Positions 18,555-28,236 of a stretch of 63,225 bases of DNA are shown here, piece by piece. The position numbers were made by a program, and so were the translations under genes. Below the pieces are notes generated by a model. That model had not been told where the DNA came from. It saw only the letters and a program-made list of their open reading frames with translations, and did no database searches. The stretch is from Chlamydiia bacterium (GTDB taxonomy: Bacteria > Chlamydiota > Chlamydiia > Chlamydiales > RGXB01): contig JBEIFH010000006.1 in NCBI GenBank assembly GCA_040382515.1, positions 1-63,225 of the forward strand, given 5' to 3'. The first letter of the stretch is position 1. Each line of letters begins with the position of its first letter.

Positions 18555-21039
18555 CTAAAGCATTGACCTCCAACGGAACTTTCAGGGGATGAATATTTTG
18601 CATCAAACGGACAATTTCTTTTTTATACTTTTCTACCTCTTCTGCATCGCATTCAAAGATCAATTCATCGTGAATTTGTAAGAGCATCGAGATTTTGGCC
18701 GGGTCAAGGATCTGATCGATTTGGATCATGGCAAGCTTGATTAGGTCTGCCTGGGTACCCTGGATTTTGGAATTGACTGCAAAACGTTCCGCCTGCGCTC
18801 TGATTGGGGCATTTCTGTTAAGAATTTCGGGGATAGGTCTTTTTCGGCCAAATAAAGTGGTGGAGTGCCCATTTTTACGAGCCTCTTCTTTCAAGGATTC
18901 CAAAAATTCCTGTACGCGTGGATAGCGCTCAAAGTAGGTTCTTATAAATTGGGACGCCTCTTTCATCGATATTTTCAGTTGCTTTCCCAATCCGTGGGGA
19001 CCCAAGCCATAGATGATACCGAAATTGACCGCTTTAGCACCAAAACGCATCTCATCGGAGACTTTTTCCATAGGAACTCCAAAGACTAAGGAAGCCGTAT
19101 AGCGGTGGATGTCCAGATGTTCATTGAAGGCTTTGATGAGATTTGGATCCTCGGACATATGCGCAAGGAGACGCAGTTCCACTTGGGAGTAATCGCAGGA
19201 TAAAAACCTCCTTGAGGGGGGCATCGCCTTAAAAGCGTGGCGGATCTGATTTCCAATGTCGGTCCTTACGGGGATATTCTGCAGGTTTGGGTTTGTAGAT
19301 GCCAGTCTGCCTGTTTGAGTTGTTGTTTGACTGAATGTCGTGTGGAGCCGGTGCGTGACAGGATCGGACAGTTCGATTAGATTTACCGTGTATGTCGAGC
19401 GGATTTTTTCCAGGCTCCGGTACTCAATGATCTTCTCAATGATCGGGTGTTCATGGCGCAGTTCCTCTAGAACCTCGATGCTTGTTGAAAAGCCGGTCTT
19501 CCCCTTTGTCTTTGCAGGAAGTTTCAATTCCTCAAATAAAGCGGCTGCAAGTTGTTTTGGAGAGTTTAGGTTGATAGGGTGCCCTAGCTCTTCTTCGACA
19601 TTTGTTTTTATGGCCAAACAGTCATGGGATAATTTTTTAGAGAGGGATTCAAGTTCATGAGCATCAATATAGATACCGGTTTCCTCCATCTTAAAGAGGA
19701 TTCGAAGGAGCGGCTCCTCTATTTCATGGAGTACAATCGAAAGGGATTGCTCTTTGATCTTCAGTTCCAAAAGTTCGCTGAGCGGGAATAAAGTTTGAAC
19801 AAACCAGTCTGCTTCAGTTTCTTGAATAACCTCTGCTGCATGCTGCTGCAAAAGATCCGAAAATTTTAATGACGCATCCGGACTAAGTACATAGGCCGCA
19901 AGCATAACGTCAAAAAACGGTTTTTCTACAAGAAATTCTAGTTCCTTCAAGTAGTGCAGAAGAGCTTTAAAGTCATAAGTGAGGATTTTTGATGCCTTTT
20001 TAAGGATCTCTTTTGTTTTAGCTTTTTTCAACTCTTCTTTCGAAAGAAAGTGAATTGGCGATCCTTCATGTTGAACAAAAATCCCCTCGTCGCCTTGATA
20101 GACTCCTCTATAGATCGCCAAAGGGCTGCTCTTAGCTTCCGGCCAATCGGTAGGACTCGCATCCCTTGTGTGCAAAATTTGCGCTTTATCTAGGGATTTT
20201 TTTTCTTTTAGGGGAATGGTCGTCCCCTTTTTTTCTACAGATTCAAGCAAACTTTTAAAATTATAGCGGCGATAGTATTCAACCAATTTATCTAGATCGG
20301 GAGCTTTTTTCTCACAGCTATCGAGATGTTTTGGTAGAGGAACTTCAGTGTCAAGTGTGGCAAGAGTCTTTGACAAGATGGCAAGCTGTTTATTTTCCTC
20401 TGAGAGGGGCATTTTCTCGTAATCACCATATTGTCGGATCAAATGGGAGCCTTTTTTTGGCCCGATACCTGCAACCCCCGGGATGTTATCCGAAGTATCG
20501 CCGATGAGGCCCAAGTAGGTCGTAAACTCCTCGGGATACACCTGGTATGTCTCAAAAACGCCCTCTTTTGTGATCTCAAGGTTATCTTTGTGCGCATGAA
20601 TACAATGGACTTTTGGACTCACTAGCTGGCACAAGTCCTTATCGGAACTAAAAATGTACACCTGATAGCCAAGGGCCTCATATTTTTTTGCGAGCGTGCC
20701 GATTGTGTCATCGGCCTCTACGTTTTCCACTGCAACGCGCGGCCAGCCAAGGGCATCGCAAAATTCTTTAGAGGCTTCTATTTGATCGGGCAAATCATCC
20801 GGCGCCTTGTGTCTTTTTCCCTTGTAGTCGGGGTAAATCGACTGCCTTGAAGTCTTATTTGAGGGGGCATCGTAAACTACGGCTATGTGTTCGGGATGAA
20901 AGTCCTCTTCAATTTTTAAAAGAGCCCTAACAAATCCGTAAAGGGCATTTGTGGGAAATCCATCCGGTGCACGCATATTGCGAATGGCAAAGTAGGATCG
21001 GAAAAGGAAAGAGGAAGCATCAATAACATAGAATTTCAT
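18529..21039 (-). CDS. polA: DNA polymerase I
   Basis: 5'-3' exonuclease motifs (YKGKR, EADD, DKD, GDTSDNIPGV) and polymerase motifs (TGRLASTNPNLQNIP, DYSQVELR, KAVNFGIIYG, QIHDEL). Confidence 0.97.
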   Translation of the reverse strand: MKFYVIDASSFLFRSYFAIRNMRAPDGFPTNALYGFVRALLKIEEDFHPEHIAVVYDAPSNKTSRQSIYPDYKGKRHKAPDDLPDQIEASKEFCDALGWPRVAVENVEADDTIGTLAKKYEALGYQVYIFSSDKDLCQLVSPKVHCIHAHKDNLEITKEGVFETYQVYPEEFTTYLGLIGDTSDNIPGVAGIGPKKGSHLIRQYGDYEKMPLSEENKQLAILSKTLATLDTEVPLPKHLDSCEKKAPDLDKLVEYYRRYNFKSLLESVEKKGTTIPLKEKKSLDKAQILHTRDASPTDWPEAKSSPLAIYRGVYQGDEGIFVQHEGSPIHFLSKEELKKAKTKEILKKASKILTYDFKALLHYLKELEFLVEKPFFDVMLAAYVLSPDASLKFSDLLQQHAAEVIQETEADWFVQTLFPLSELLELKIKEQSLSIVLHEIEEPLLRILFKMEETGIYIDAHELESLSKKLSHDCLAIKTNVEEELGHPINLNSPKQLAAALFEELKLPAKTKGKTGFSTSIEVLEELRHEHPIIEKIIEYRSLEKIRSTYTVNLIELSDPVTHRLHTTFSQTTTQTGRLASTNPNLQNIPVRTDIGNQIRHAFKAMPPSRRFLSCDYSQVELRLLAHMSEDPNLIKAFNEHLDIHRYTASLVFGVPMEKVSDEMRFGAKAVNFGIIYGLGPHGLGKQLKISMKEASQFIRTYFERYPRVQEFLESLKEEARKNGHSTTLFGRKRPIPEILNRNAPIRAQAERFAVNSKIQGTQADLIKLAMIQIDQILDPAKISMLLQIHDELIFECDAEEVEKYKKEIVRLMQNIHPLKVPLEVNALVAKNWGEC

Positions 21040-21058
21040 GAAGAGGACCATAGAATTT

Positions 21059-21081
21059 AAAGGGGCTTGAAAAGCCCCTTT
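21059..21081. terminator. Perfect hairpin between sohB and polA (probable terminator)
   Basis: AAAGGGGCTT-GAA-AAGCCCCTTT, 10-bp stem just after the sohB stop. Confidence 0.6.
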
Positions 21082-21092
21082 GAAATTTTGAC

Positions 21093-22139
21093 TTATTGGG
21101 GATACAAAGCGAGTACTTGATCATTTTTTATTTCAGTAGTCCCGTCATTGAATAACTTATGTTCATGGACTATTTTACCCGACTTTAGTATCGACTGAAC
21201 GCCCCCAAGTTGGAAGGGGGGGATATACTGAGCCATCACAAAACGGTACTGCATGTCATGGATCCCTGCAGCTTCAGCGAGAGCCGTGAGAGCAGAACCC
21301 AATGTCGCATCAGGGACATTTGTGAAACCGTATTGGACCGCTTCGCTCGAAATATAAATATTTGCACCGATGTCCAATAGTTTGTCTTTGTATTGTTTCT
21401 TTGTCATCCCATCCGGCGTCCGTCCATCTACAACACTGTCGACAAATTGCTGGTATAAACTATTTAAAAGTGGTTTGTAGAAATCTTGTTCGTCAGGTGT
21501 CCAGGGGGTAAAATAATCAAGATGGATTTTATTCTTTGTCGAAAGATTCAGAACGTCCACCCCGTTATTTTTTAAGAACGTATTGAAGTTGAAAAAGGGG
21601 CCCATGCGCACTCCGACCGATCCAAGAATGGAGGGGGGTGTAGAAAACATTTTATCGCAGGCTGCAGAGATGAAAATACCCCCAGAGGCACATAAACCGT
21701 CAACGAAACCATACACAGGAATCTTGTAACGCTCTTTAAGCTGCTTGAAAGTTATGTACATATTGTAAGAATCGAGGGCGCTACCACCTGGAGTATTGAG
21801 ATAAATAAGGATTCCTTTTAATTGCCCGGGGAGAAATTGCTGGTCGATTTGCAAAACAAGCGAGTCCAAAAGTTCACTATTGCAACTTGGCGTTCCTATC
21901 ATCCCTATATTGACCCTTAAAAGAGTAGGATCATTCATTTTTTGGCTCAAAGTCCCATCAGGACGGGGTTGATTCAAGAAGATATGCTGGGGAGGTGGGG
22001 TGTCCTTTGGTGTAAAAACAGTTACCGATAAGATTGTGAAAAAAACTCCTAAGCTTAGCAACGCTCCTAGAATCCCCAAAAAAGCGGATGAAAAGGCACG
22101 TAGCGCGGAGGCAAAAATCGATTCACGAATGAAGTTCAT
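21093..22139 (-). CDS. sohB: S49 family peptidase (SohB/SppA-like)
   Basis: N-terminal TM helix, NTPGG, CASGG, GSVGV motifs; GAGGAG RBS before ATG 22139. Confidence 0.85.
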   Translation of the reverse strand: MNFIRESIFASALRAFSSAFLGILGALLSLGVFFTILSVTVFTPKDTPPPQHIFLNQPRPDGTLSQKMNDPTLLRVNIGMIGTPSCNSELLDSLVLQIDQQFLPGQLKGILIYLNTPGGSALDSYNMYITFKQLKERYKIPVYGFVDGLCASGGIFISAACDKMFSTPPSILGSVGVRMGPFFNFNTFLKNNGVDVLNLSTKNKIHLDYFTPWTPDEQDFYKPLLNSLYQQFVDSVVDGRTPDGMTKKQYKDKLLDIGANIYISSEAVQYGFTNVPDATLGSALTALAEAAGIHDMQYRFVMAQYIPPFQLGGVQSILKSGKIVHEHKLFNDGTTEIKNDQVLALYPQ

Positions 22140-22446
22140 GGGTATACTCCTCATATTGTAGAAAACTGATTCTTTTCCTAGAAATTCTCTCAAGAACAGA
22201 ATTTTAGGATAAAGATAAACCTGCCCTCTTTTTAAACTTTGTGCGTAGCGACCCTTGAGGCAGTTTTTTTCTATTTTTTCAAAAATCTTAAGCGGCCGGA
22301 CAGGCTTACGTCTCGGTAAAAGAGATAAATATATTGTAACTTAAAAATTCCATTTATTGGAACAGATCTCTTTCATAACGACCGGGATAGGTGAGTTTCT
22401 ACTGAGGTAATTTTTCCCGATTTCTACAATTATAGATTTTGATTTC

Positions 22447-22954
22447 CTAAGAGAGTTTTAGAGGCAGCTCTATAATATTTTGTCGTATTGATAACCAATA
22501 TCTAACCGAGAGATAGGGGAAAAGAAGAGTAATGTACTGCATATGGTTGATTCCAAAAATTGTTGCAGTGAGGATCATAAACTGCAGCAACGTCATCAAT
22601 TTTCCATAGAAATTCGAGTTAACGGTGGCAGACTTTAAAAACTTTCTATAGGTAATGAGATGGACGATAAGAAAGGCGTCCCTCAGGAAAAATAGGGAAA
22701 AAAATAGGGGGTGCAGGTCTTTTTCCATTAAAAGAATTATAGAAACGAAAAAAACAAACAGCTTGTCAGTTAAGGGATCTATGGTGGCCCCAATCCTAGA
22801 AACTAGACCAAACCTACGGGCGATCCAACCGTCGAAAAAATCGGACAACGCTGCAAAAAAAAATGGCCGTAAGCCTGATCTCAATGCTCGTCTTTAGGAA
22901 GATGAGAGCTAATGGGATCCTCGTTAAGGATATGATTGTCGGCAGGTACTGCAT
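22447..22954 (-). pseudogene. pgsA: CDP-alcohol phosphatidyltransferase (PgsA) with +1 frameshift in a T9 tract (real slippage site or assembly error)
   Basis: ATG 22954 reads MQYLPTIISLTRIPLALIFL..RLTAIFF; the catalytic DFFDGWIARR..GATIDPLTDK is in another frame. Removing one T at 22855-22863 gives a continuous 168-aa protein. Confidence 0.85.
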
Positions 22955-23552
22955 TATATTTTCGTCTAAGCTGTATGTGTATATAAATTAAAATAAAGAT
23001 CATTGCGAGAGGCAGCAAGAAGATGAACTTTTCCTTTATCCAGCCGGTGTTCTGCCCAAAATGATAAAAAATTGTGAAAACGCAACTTGTCCAGATAAAA
23101 GAGGCTACCAAGTCGGTCAAGACTAAAGTTACGTACCGGAATTTGAATATGCCGGCACCAATAAACATCGCAAGCCGAAATCCAAAGGGGATAAAACGGC
23201 CGATAATAAAGGTCAGCGGACCATATTTATGCAGGAAATTTTGGACTTTATCAAGCCGCTCTTGGGGTAAAAGACCCGAAATTTTCTTGTATTTGAACAG
23301 CTTTTGACCCAAGATTCTGCCAATCCAGTAATCGACTTGCCCACACGAGAAGGTGCCCAAATAACAGGCTAGAAAAAACGGGGTGAAAGAATCGAAATAT
23401 ACGCCGATCATGGCACCTGTAAAAATAAGCAGATCGAGACTTATGACAAAGGTTAAACTGGAGCCCAGGATACAAAAAAACACCAGAAAGGGGGCAAAAT
23501 CGGGGTACTGGTGTGCGAGGTCTCTGAGCTGAGCGGCAAAATCCTCGATCAT
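22881..23552 (-). CDS. DedA family membrane protein
   Basis: YWIGRILG and GRFIPFGFR..GAG motifs, multiple TM helices. Confidence 0.9.
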   Translation of the reverse strand: MIEDFAAQLRDLAHQYPDFAPFLVFFCILGSSLTFVISLDLLIFTGAMIGVYFDSFTPFFLACYLGTFSCGQVDYWIGRILGQKLFKYKKISGLLPQERLDKVQNFLHKYGPLTFIIGRFIPFGFRLAMFIGAGIFKFRYVTLVLTDLVASFIWTSCVFTIFYHFGQNTGWIKEKFIFLLPLAMIFILIYIHIQLRRKYNAVPADNHILNEDPISSHLPKDEH

Positions 23553-23557
23553 CTGGG

Positions 23558-25126
23558 CTACACTCTTACAAGGGATTCGTCAGTTGCTGTCGCATCGGTT
23601 GCCGGCTCGGGTGCAGGTTCTTGCGGAGACGTTGATAATTCATCAAATTGCTTTCCGAGAGACTTAACGGCACTAATCCAGCCGATGAAGAAGAGACCTA
23701 AAAAGACACCAACAACAGGTGTGCTCATCGATACCGATCCAAGGGTGATAATCAGCGATTGGTGAATCAGTCCGCTGCCCGATTTACCAAGACGCGATCC
23801 GACCCCGTCGATCGCCGCCTTCCCTTTTAGCTTAGACTCAGGGGAAAGGGGGATGAAAGCGATTTCTTTAGTGGTGTCGAAGAAAGTGAACTTGCATGCA
23901 CGGGAGAAGATATTCTGAATCGACCCTATAAGGACGATCAGCATAAGCGGGGTAGCCCCTAAAACGCTGGAGAAGTGGTGCAAAAACGGGGTCTGACGGA
24001 AGTAGTGGCAAAAGAAGAAAAGGGCGCCTGAAACCAGAAGAATAACGGGCGTTACAAGAGCGCTAACTGTCCAACCAAAACGGCGTGTTACAGGTCCGGT
24101 GAAGGCTAATGATAGGACTGTGGACATGGCACCAATCCACCAAATTACCCTACCGTAAAAGGCGTTTTGCTCTGTAGGATTGGGGTACAGCTGCTGCACC
24201 TGATCTTTCCAGACGACCTCGATCATATTCAACGAAATATTATACGATAAAACAATAATGGCAATATAAATCAGGTACCGAGAGCGGGCTAGATAAGCAA
24301 AGTTTTTGCGCATCCCCATCCGCATCTTCTCCGGTTGTTCCGCACGCCCTTGTTCCGCTCGGGCATCATTTGCAAAAAATGAGAGGTTTACGTAGCGGAA
24401 TAAAAACATGGACGCAAGTCCGCTGAAGACGATGACAACGGATATAAGCGAAAGCGACTGCCCCCAGCTATCCCCTTTGTATATCGGCAAGGAGAAGGCG
24501 CCGGACGACAGGTAGCCAATCGCTTCTCCTGCGAGCATTGTTGCAATATTCGCCCCTACCCCAAGGATGGCATAGTAGCGTTTTGCATCCGAAACACTGG
24601 TTACTTCATTGGCAAATCCCCAGAAAAGGACCGTCATAATGGTTGTTCCCCAGAGCTCGGACATAACGTAGAAAAGGGTAAAGCTCCAATTGCGCAGCAT
24701 GGCAATTAGACCCTGGGCCCCCTCAGGGAGGTAGGATTGTAGGGCATCTGCCAGCTGGTGAGGGTGAATAAAATTTTGAAAAGGATAAAGAACAAAGGCG
24801 AAAATGGCAAAAAATCCTACAAAGAGCGACATCATGATGTAAAAAATCTGCTCTCGCCGGTATTTGTTTGCTATTTTTGTGTAAAGGTAGGTGACAAAAA
24901 GGGTCATAGGCATTAGCACCCAGACCTTTATGAAAGGGATGGTGCCGGCCCCGGAGGCCTTTGCTGTCATTACCAGCGTGTCCTTAGTTGTTTTTAAAAT
25001 ACTGTAATTAAATACGATAAGTGCGTAGATAATTAGCATGGGGATGAATTTTTTTAATTCATGAGAGTGAATCGGCCATAAAGTTGACCGGATTCTACCA
25101 AATTGGACCGCAGACGCGTTTGTCAT
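23558..25126 (-). CDS. Tlc/NTT family nucleotide (ATP/ADP or NTP) transporter
   Basis: ELKKFIPM, KDTLV, FIKVW, FYVMSELWG, FWGFANE, FDTTKEIAFIPL, KGKAAIDGVGSRLGKSG. Substrate class cannot be fixed by eye. Confidence 0.95.
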   Translation of the reverse strand: MTNASAVQFGRIRSTLWPIHSHELKKFIPMLIIYALIVFNYSILKTTKDTLVMTAKASGAGTIPFIKVWVLMPMTLFVTYLYTKIANKYRREQIFYIMMSLFVGFFAIFAFVLYPFQNFIHPHQLADALQSYLPEGAQGLIAMLRNWSFTLFYVMSELWGTTIMTVLFWGFANEVTSVSDAKRYYAILGVGANIATMLAGEAIGYLSSGAFSLPIYKGDSWGQSLSLISVVIVFSGLASMFLFRYVNLSFFANDARAEQGRAEQPEKMRMGMRKNFAYLARSRYLIYIAIIVLSYNISLNMIEVVWKDQVQQLYPNPTEQNAFYGRVIWWIGAMSTVLSLAFTGPVTRRFGWTVSALVTPVILLVSGALFFFCHYFRQTPFLHHFSSVLGATPLMLIVLIGSIQNIFSRACKFTFFDTTKEIAFIPLSPESKLKGKAAIDGVGSRLGKSGSGLIHQSLIITLGSVSMSTPVVGVFLGLFFIGWISAVKSLGKQFDELSTSPQEPAPEPATDATATDESLVRV

Positions 25127-25156
25127 TATCTACCACAGGGCTTAAGACAGGATACC

Positions 25157-25184
25157 ATTATAAAGGTTTTCCGATATTTGACAA
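25157..25184 (-). promoter_or_regulatory. Sigma66/70-like promoter for the NTT gene
   Basis: Minus strand TTGTCA-16-TATAAT, 30 nt upstream of the NTT ATG. Confidence 0.6.
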
Positions 25185-25241
25185 TCACACAGAGTTTTTT
25201 TACGATTTTTTTATCCTAACTCAATGAGTAAAAATATTTCT

Positions 25242-26420
25242 TTACTCTTTTAGCCACTTCAAAGAAGGGAGATCCATACTGGTGATAAATTCAACCATGG
25301 CTCCTCCACCGGTGGAAAGCCAACTGAATGCATGTTTTCCGTGCAAAGACTCCACCATATGCATCGTATCCCCGCCTCCGGCTATTTTTGTCGCCTTTAC
25401 CCCTTCTAGGCACTGGATAAGGGCGCGGCTCCCCTCATCAAAGGGGGGGGTCTCAAAAATGCCCAGGGGCCCGTTCCATAGCACGGTCTTCGCGCTATTA
25501 AGAATTTTTTGAAACAGGTCTACCGACTGGGCGCCTATGTCGCAGGCGACAAAACCTTGAGGAATCGGAAAGGGGCTCTGGTGAATTTCCCCCGAGGCGT
25601 TCTGTACAACCTGATCAACGGGTAGTAAAATTTTTTTACCATCTCGGCTCTGGAGGATCTTTTTTGCTTGTTCAACAAAATCCGGTTCAATTTCAGTATC
25701 CCCTACATCTTCGCCGCGCGCCTTTAAGAAGGTGTAAGCCATAAGTCCCCCGATAATGAGGGTGTCCGCTTTTTCAAGCAGAGATTCGATCAAGGGGAGC
25801 TTAGACGATAATTTTGCACCCCCTATGATTGCAACAAAAGGGGGCTCGGGTTTCTTAAACGTTCGGGTGAGCAGGAGGATCTCCTTATCTAGTAAGAAGC
25901 CTGCAAAGGACATCTTCGGGAACAGCTCGGGCAACACGGCAACGGAGGCATCACCACGGTGGCTCACCGCAAAAGCGTCGTTGATAAACACATCGCCTAA
26001 TTCGCTCAGTTGTTTGGCAAATTGATAATCCCCTTTTTTCTCTTCAGGGTAAAAACGGAGGTTTTCGAGCAAAATAATGGATCCAGGCTTTGCCTGGTGG
26101 ATAAGAAATTTGGGTTCGGGTCCAATCGATTCTTTGCAAAAAAGGACTTCCCTGCCTAAAAGTTCCGCCAGCTTTTCCTGCACAGGCTTGAGAGTGAGCT
26201 TATCATCGGTCCCGTCGGGTCTGCCAAGGTGGCTCATTAAAACAATTTTCGTCTCTCTACATTTCGCCTGTAGGAATTCGATTGTCGGTAAGCATGCACG
26301 AATTTTGGAGTCATCGAGGATAACGCCCCCTTTCATAGGGACATTGAGGTCTACACGTAAAAGGACAGTTCCCTCGCAGGGAATTTTAGAAAGTGTTTTG
26401 AGTTCATTCAACTGCGTCAT
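25242..26420 (-). CDS. pgk: Phosphoglycerate kinase
   Basis: RVDLNVP, SHLGRP, LLENLRF, NDAFAVSHR, WNGPLG, GGGDT, STGGGA. Confidence 0.97.
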   Translation of the reverse strand: MTQLNELKTLSKIPCEGTVLLRVDLNVPMKGGVILDDSKIRACLPTIEFLQAKCRETKIVLMSHLGRPDGTDDKLTLKPVQEKLAELLGREVLFCKESIGPEPKFLIHQAKPGSIILLENLRFYPEEKKGDYQFAKQLSELGDVFINDAFAVSHRGDASVAVLPELFPKMSFAGFLLDKEILLLTRTFKKPEPPFVAIIGGAKLSSKLPLIESLLEKADTLIIGGLMAYTFLKARGEDVGDTEIEPDFVEQAKKILQSRDGKKILLPVDQVVQNASGEIHQSPFPIPQGFVACDIGAQSVDLFQKILNSAKTVLWNGPLGIFETPPFDEGSRALIQCLEGVKATKIAGGGDTMHMVESLHGKHAFSWLSTGGGAMVEFITSMDLPSLKWLKE

Positions 26421-26423
26421 GAT

Positions 26424-27179
26424 TTAAAGATCCAGTCCACCAAATGGGGAGTTTGCTCGGAGGAATCCCTCCTTACTTTTACTTTTTTTGATCGCTTCTT
26501 TGATGCTATAGGTGAGGTCCTGGTCGTAGTTCTGCTTCGAGGCCCATATCAGGTAGTTGATCGGAATTTCATTAAAGGATCGCCCTTTGTATTTCCCAAG
26601 GGGCATGTTTTTAAGAAGAATAGGGGCTTTCATCCTATCAAGGATCTCTTTGACCGATTTAAATCTGCGAGTCAGATGTTTGAAAACCTGGATGTTTACC
26701 CTTACATCGTTCATAGCACGGTGCGCCCCTTCCTCCTCAACGTTGAAATGGCGGCGGAGTACTTCGAGAGAATTGGAGGGGCTTTCCCCGTAAAGACGGG
26801 CAAGGCGCAGAGTGTCAATCACCCGTACATTGTCAAAAGGATGAGGGATTTTGGCCCTTTTGAAAGAGCTTTTGAGCATTTCGATATCAAATGAAATTCC
26901 GTGTCCCACAATGACATGATCCTGGATCATCCCATTGAGTTTTGAGAGAAAAGTCTCAATCTTTGGGGCGCCCTTGCACATTTCATTTGTAATGTGGTGG
27001 ATGTCGATCACCTCTTGGGGTATTGTTACCTCCGGATCAATCAGACTTTCAAAGGTATCAAACTCCTCCTTCAAGGAAAATTGGACTGCTGCGATTTCGC
27101 ATATACGGTCTTTTTCGGTATCCAGTCCTGTGGATTCCACGTCGATGCATATAAATTTTTCTTGGGAGAGGGGTCTCAT
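26424..27179 (-). CDS. dnaQ: DEDDh 3'-5' exonuclease (DnaQ-like) with C-terminal MPxGKYKG domain
   Basis: DVESTG, GHGISFD, DTLRLAR, HRAMND; MPLGKYKG..IP..YL.W. Confidence 0.85.
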   Translation of the reverse strand: MRPLSQEKFICIDVESTGLDTEKDRICEIAAVQFSLKEEFDTFESLIDPEVTIPQEVIDIHHITNEMCKGAPKIETFLSKLNGMIQDHVIVGHGISFDIEMLKSSFKRAKIPHPFDNVRVIDTLRLARLYGESPSNSLEVLRRHFNVEEEGAHRAMNDVRVNIQVFKHLTRRFKSVKEILDRMKAPILLKNMPLGKYKGRSFNEIPINYLIWASKQNYDQDLTYSIKEAIKKSKSKEGFLRANSPFGGLDL

Positions 27180-27793
27180 GCTAGGGCCGGTAAGGGGGGT
27201 TCTTTTTCGTGTTGCTGTTCTGCTACCATGTGCAGCTTTTGTAGAAGAGTGTTTTTCCCCTCGACACTATGCACCGAATAAAAGAGGGGAAGCGCTTGGA
27301 ATTTTGCCCGAATCTCTTCGGTTTTTTTGTGTTTTTGCGAGGTGTTGAGCTTGTCTGACTTCGTGACAATCAGCGTATACTCCAGTGCGTTTGCCTGCAT
27401 CCATTCTATCATCTGCAAATCTGATTCAAATAACGGGTGCCGGCTATCGGTCAGCAAAAGAACGTGGGGACGGTACTCGGTTAAAAAATTCTCCATCAAT
27501 GAGCCCCAGGTATGCCTAAGGGATTTTCCCGTCTCGGAAAAACCATACCCCGGGAGATCGAAGAGATACATTTGACTATCGATATCAAAAAGGTTGATCG
27601 CCTGTGTTTTGCCGGGCACGGACGATACCTTGGCAAGTTTGGGGCTATCGCAGAGATGATTGATAAGGGAGGATTTGCCGACATTTGAGCGCCCAACCAT
27701 GCAAAATTTTGGCATTTTGGGCCGGATGCCTACCAAGGGAAGATTGACAAAAGTGTTTACAAAACGGGAGTTTTTAAAATTTATTCTTTTCAT
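27176..27793 (-). CDS. engB: Ribosome biogenesis GTPase YsxC/EngB
   Basis: GRSNVGKSSLIN, PGKT, DLPGYG, TKSD. Confidence 0.95.
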   Translation of the reverse strand: MKRINFKNSRFVNTFVNLPLVGIRPKMPKFCMVGRSNVGKSSLINHLCDSPKLAKVSSVPGKTQAINLFDIDSQMYLFDLPGYGFSETGKSLRHTWGSLMENFLTEYRPHVLLLTDSRHPLFESDLQMIEWMQANALEYTLIVTKSDKLNTSQKHKKTEEIRAKFQALPLFYSVHSVEGKNTLLQKLHMVAEQQHEKEPPLPALA

Positions 27794-28236
27794 GTAAGGA
27801 TCAGGCTCCCTTCTTGCAAAATCAAGGGGCAGAAAGAAAATAGCCTCTCATCTCTGCCGCAAGGATTGATTGTAATCTCTAGCCGGTTTCGGGGCAATAG
27901 CGAAAGTGCGACGTCAGGCCACTCGATGACTTTAATTCTAGTATTTTCTTGAAGAAGCTCATCTAGCCCAAGCTCCTCTAGAAGTTCCCGTGATTGAACC
28001 CGGTAGAGGTCAAAATGGGCAAGACTGTTCTCGTAGAGGTGCACGTAATTGTAAGTGGGGCTGACGATCTCGTCGATAGGGGTTTTTGTAAGAATGTGAA
28101 TCAAAAATTTTGCAAATGAGGTTTTGCCGGCCCCAAGCCCGCCTCGGAGAAGCAGACAAGGGGTTTTTTGCAACAGCGGGGCTATGCACGCGGCAATTTG
28201 AGCCGTTTCTTCTAAAGAACTAGACTTCAGCGGCAT
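27790..28236 (-). CDS. tsaE: t6A biosynthesis ATPase TsaE
   Basis: GGLGAGKT, SPTY, HFDLYR, IEWP. Confidence 0.95.
   Translation of the reverse strand: MPLKSSSLEETAQIAACIAPLLQKTPCLLLRGGLGAGKTSFAKFLIHILTKTPIDEIVSPTYNYVHLYENSLAHFDLYRVQSRELLEELGLDELLQENTRIKVIEWPDVALSLLPRNRLEITINPCGRDERLFSFCPLILQEGSLILT

Noticed and set aside
22194..22446. Weak inverted repeat CTGCCCTC..GAGGCAG-T7 between sohB and pgsA
   Set aside because: Bulged stem with a ~30-nt loop; no further structure or ORF to support an RNA call.
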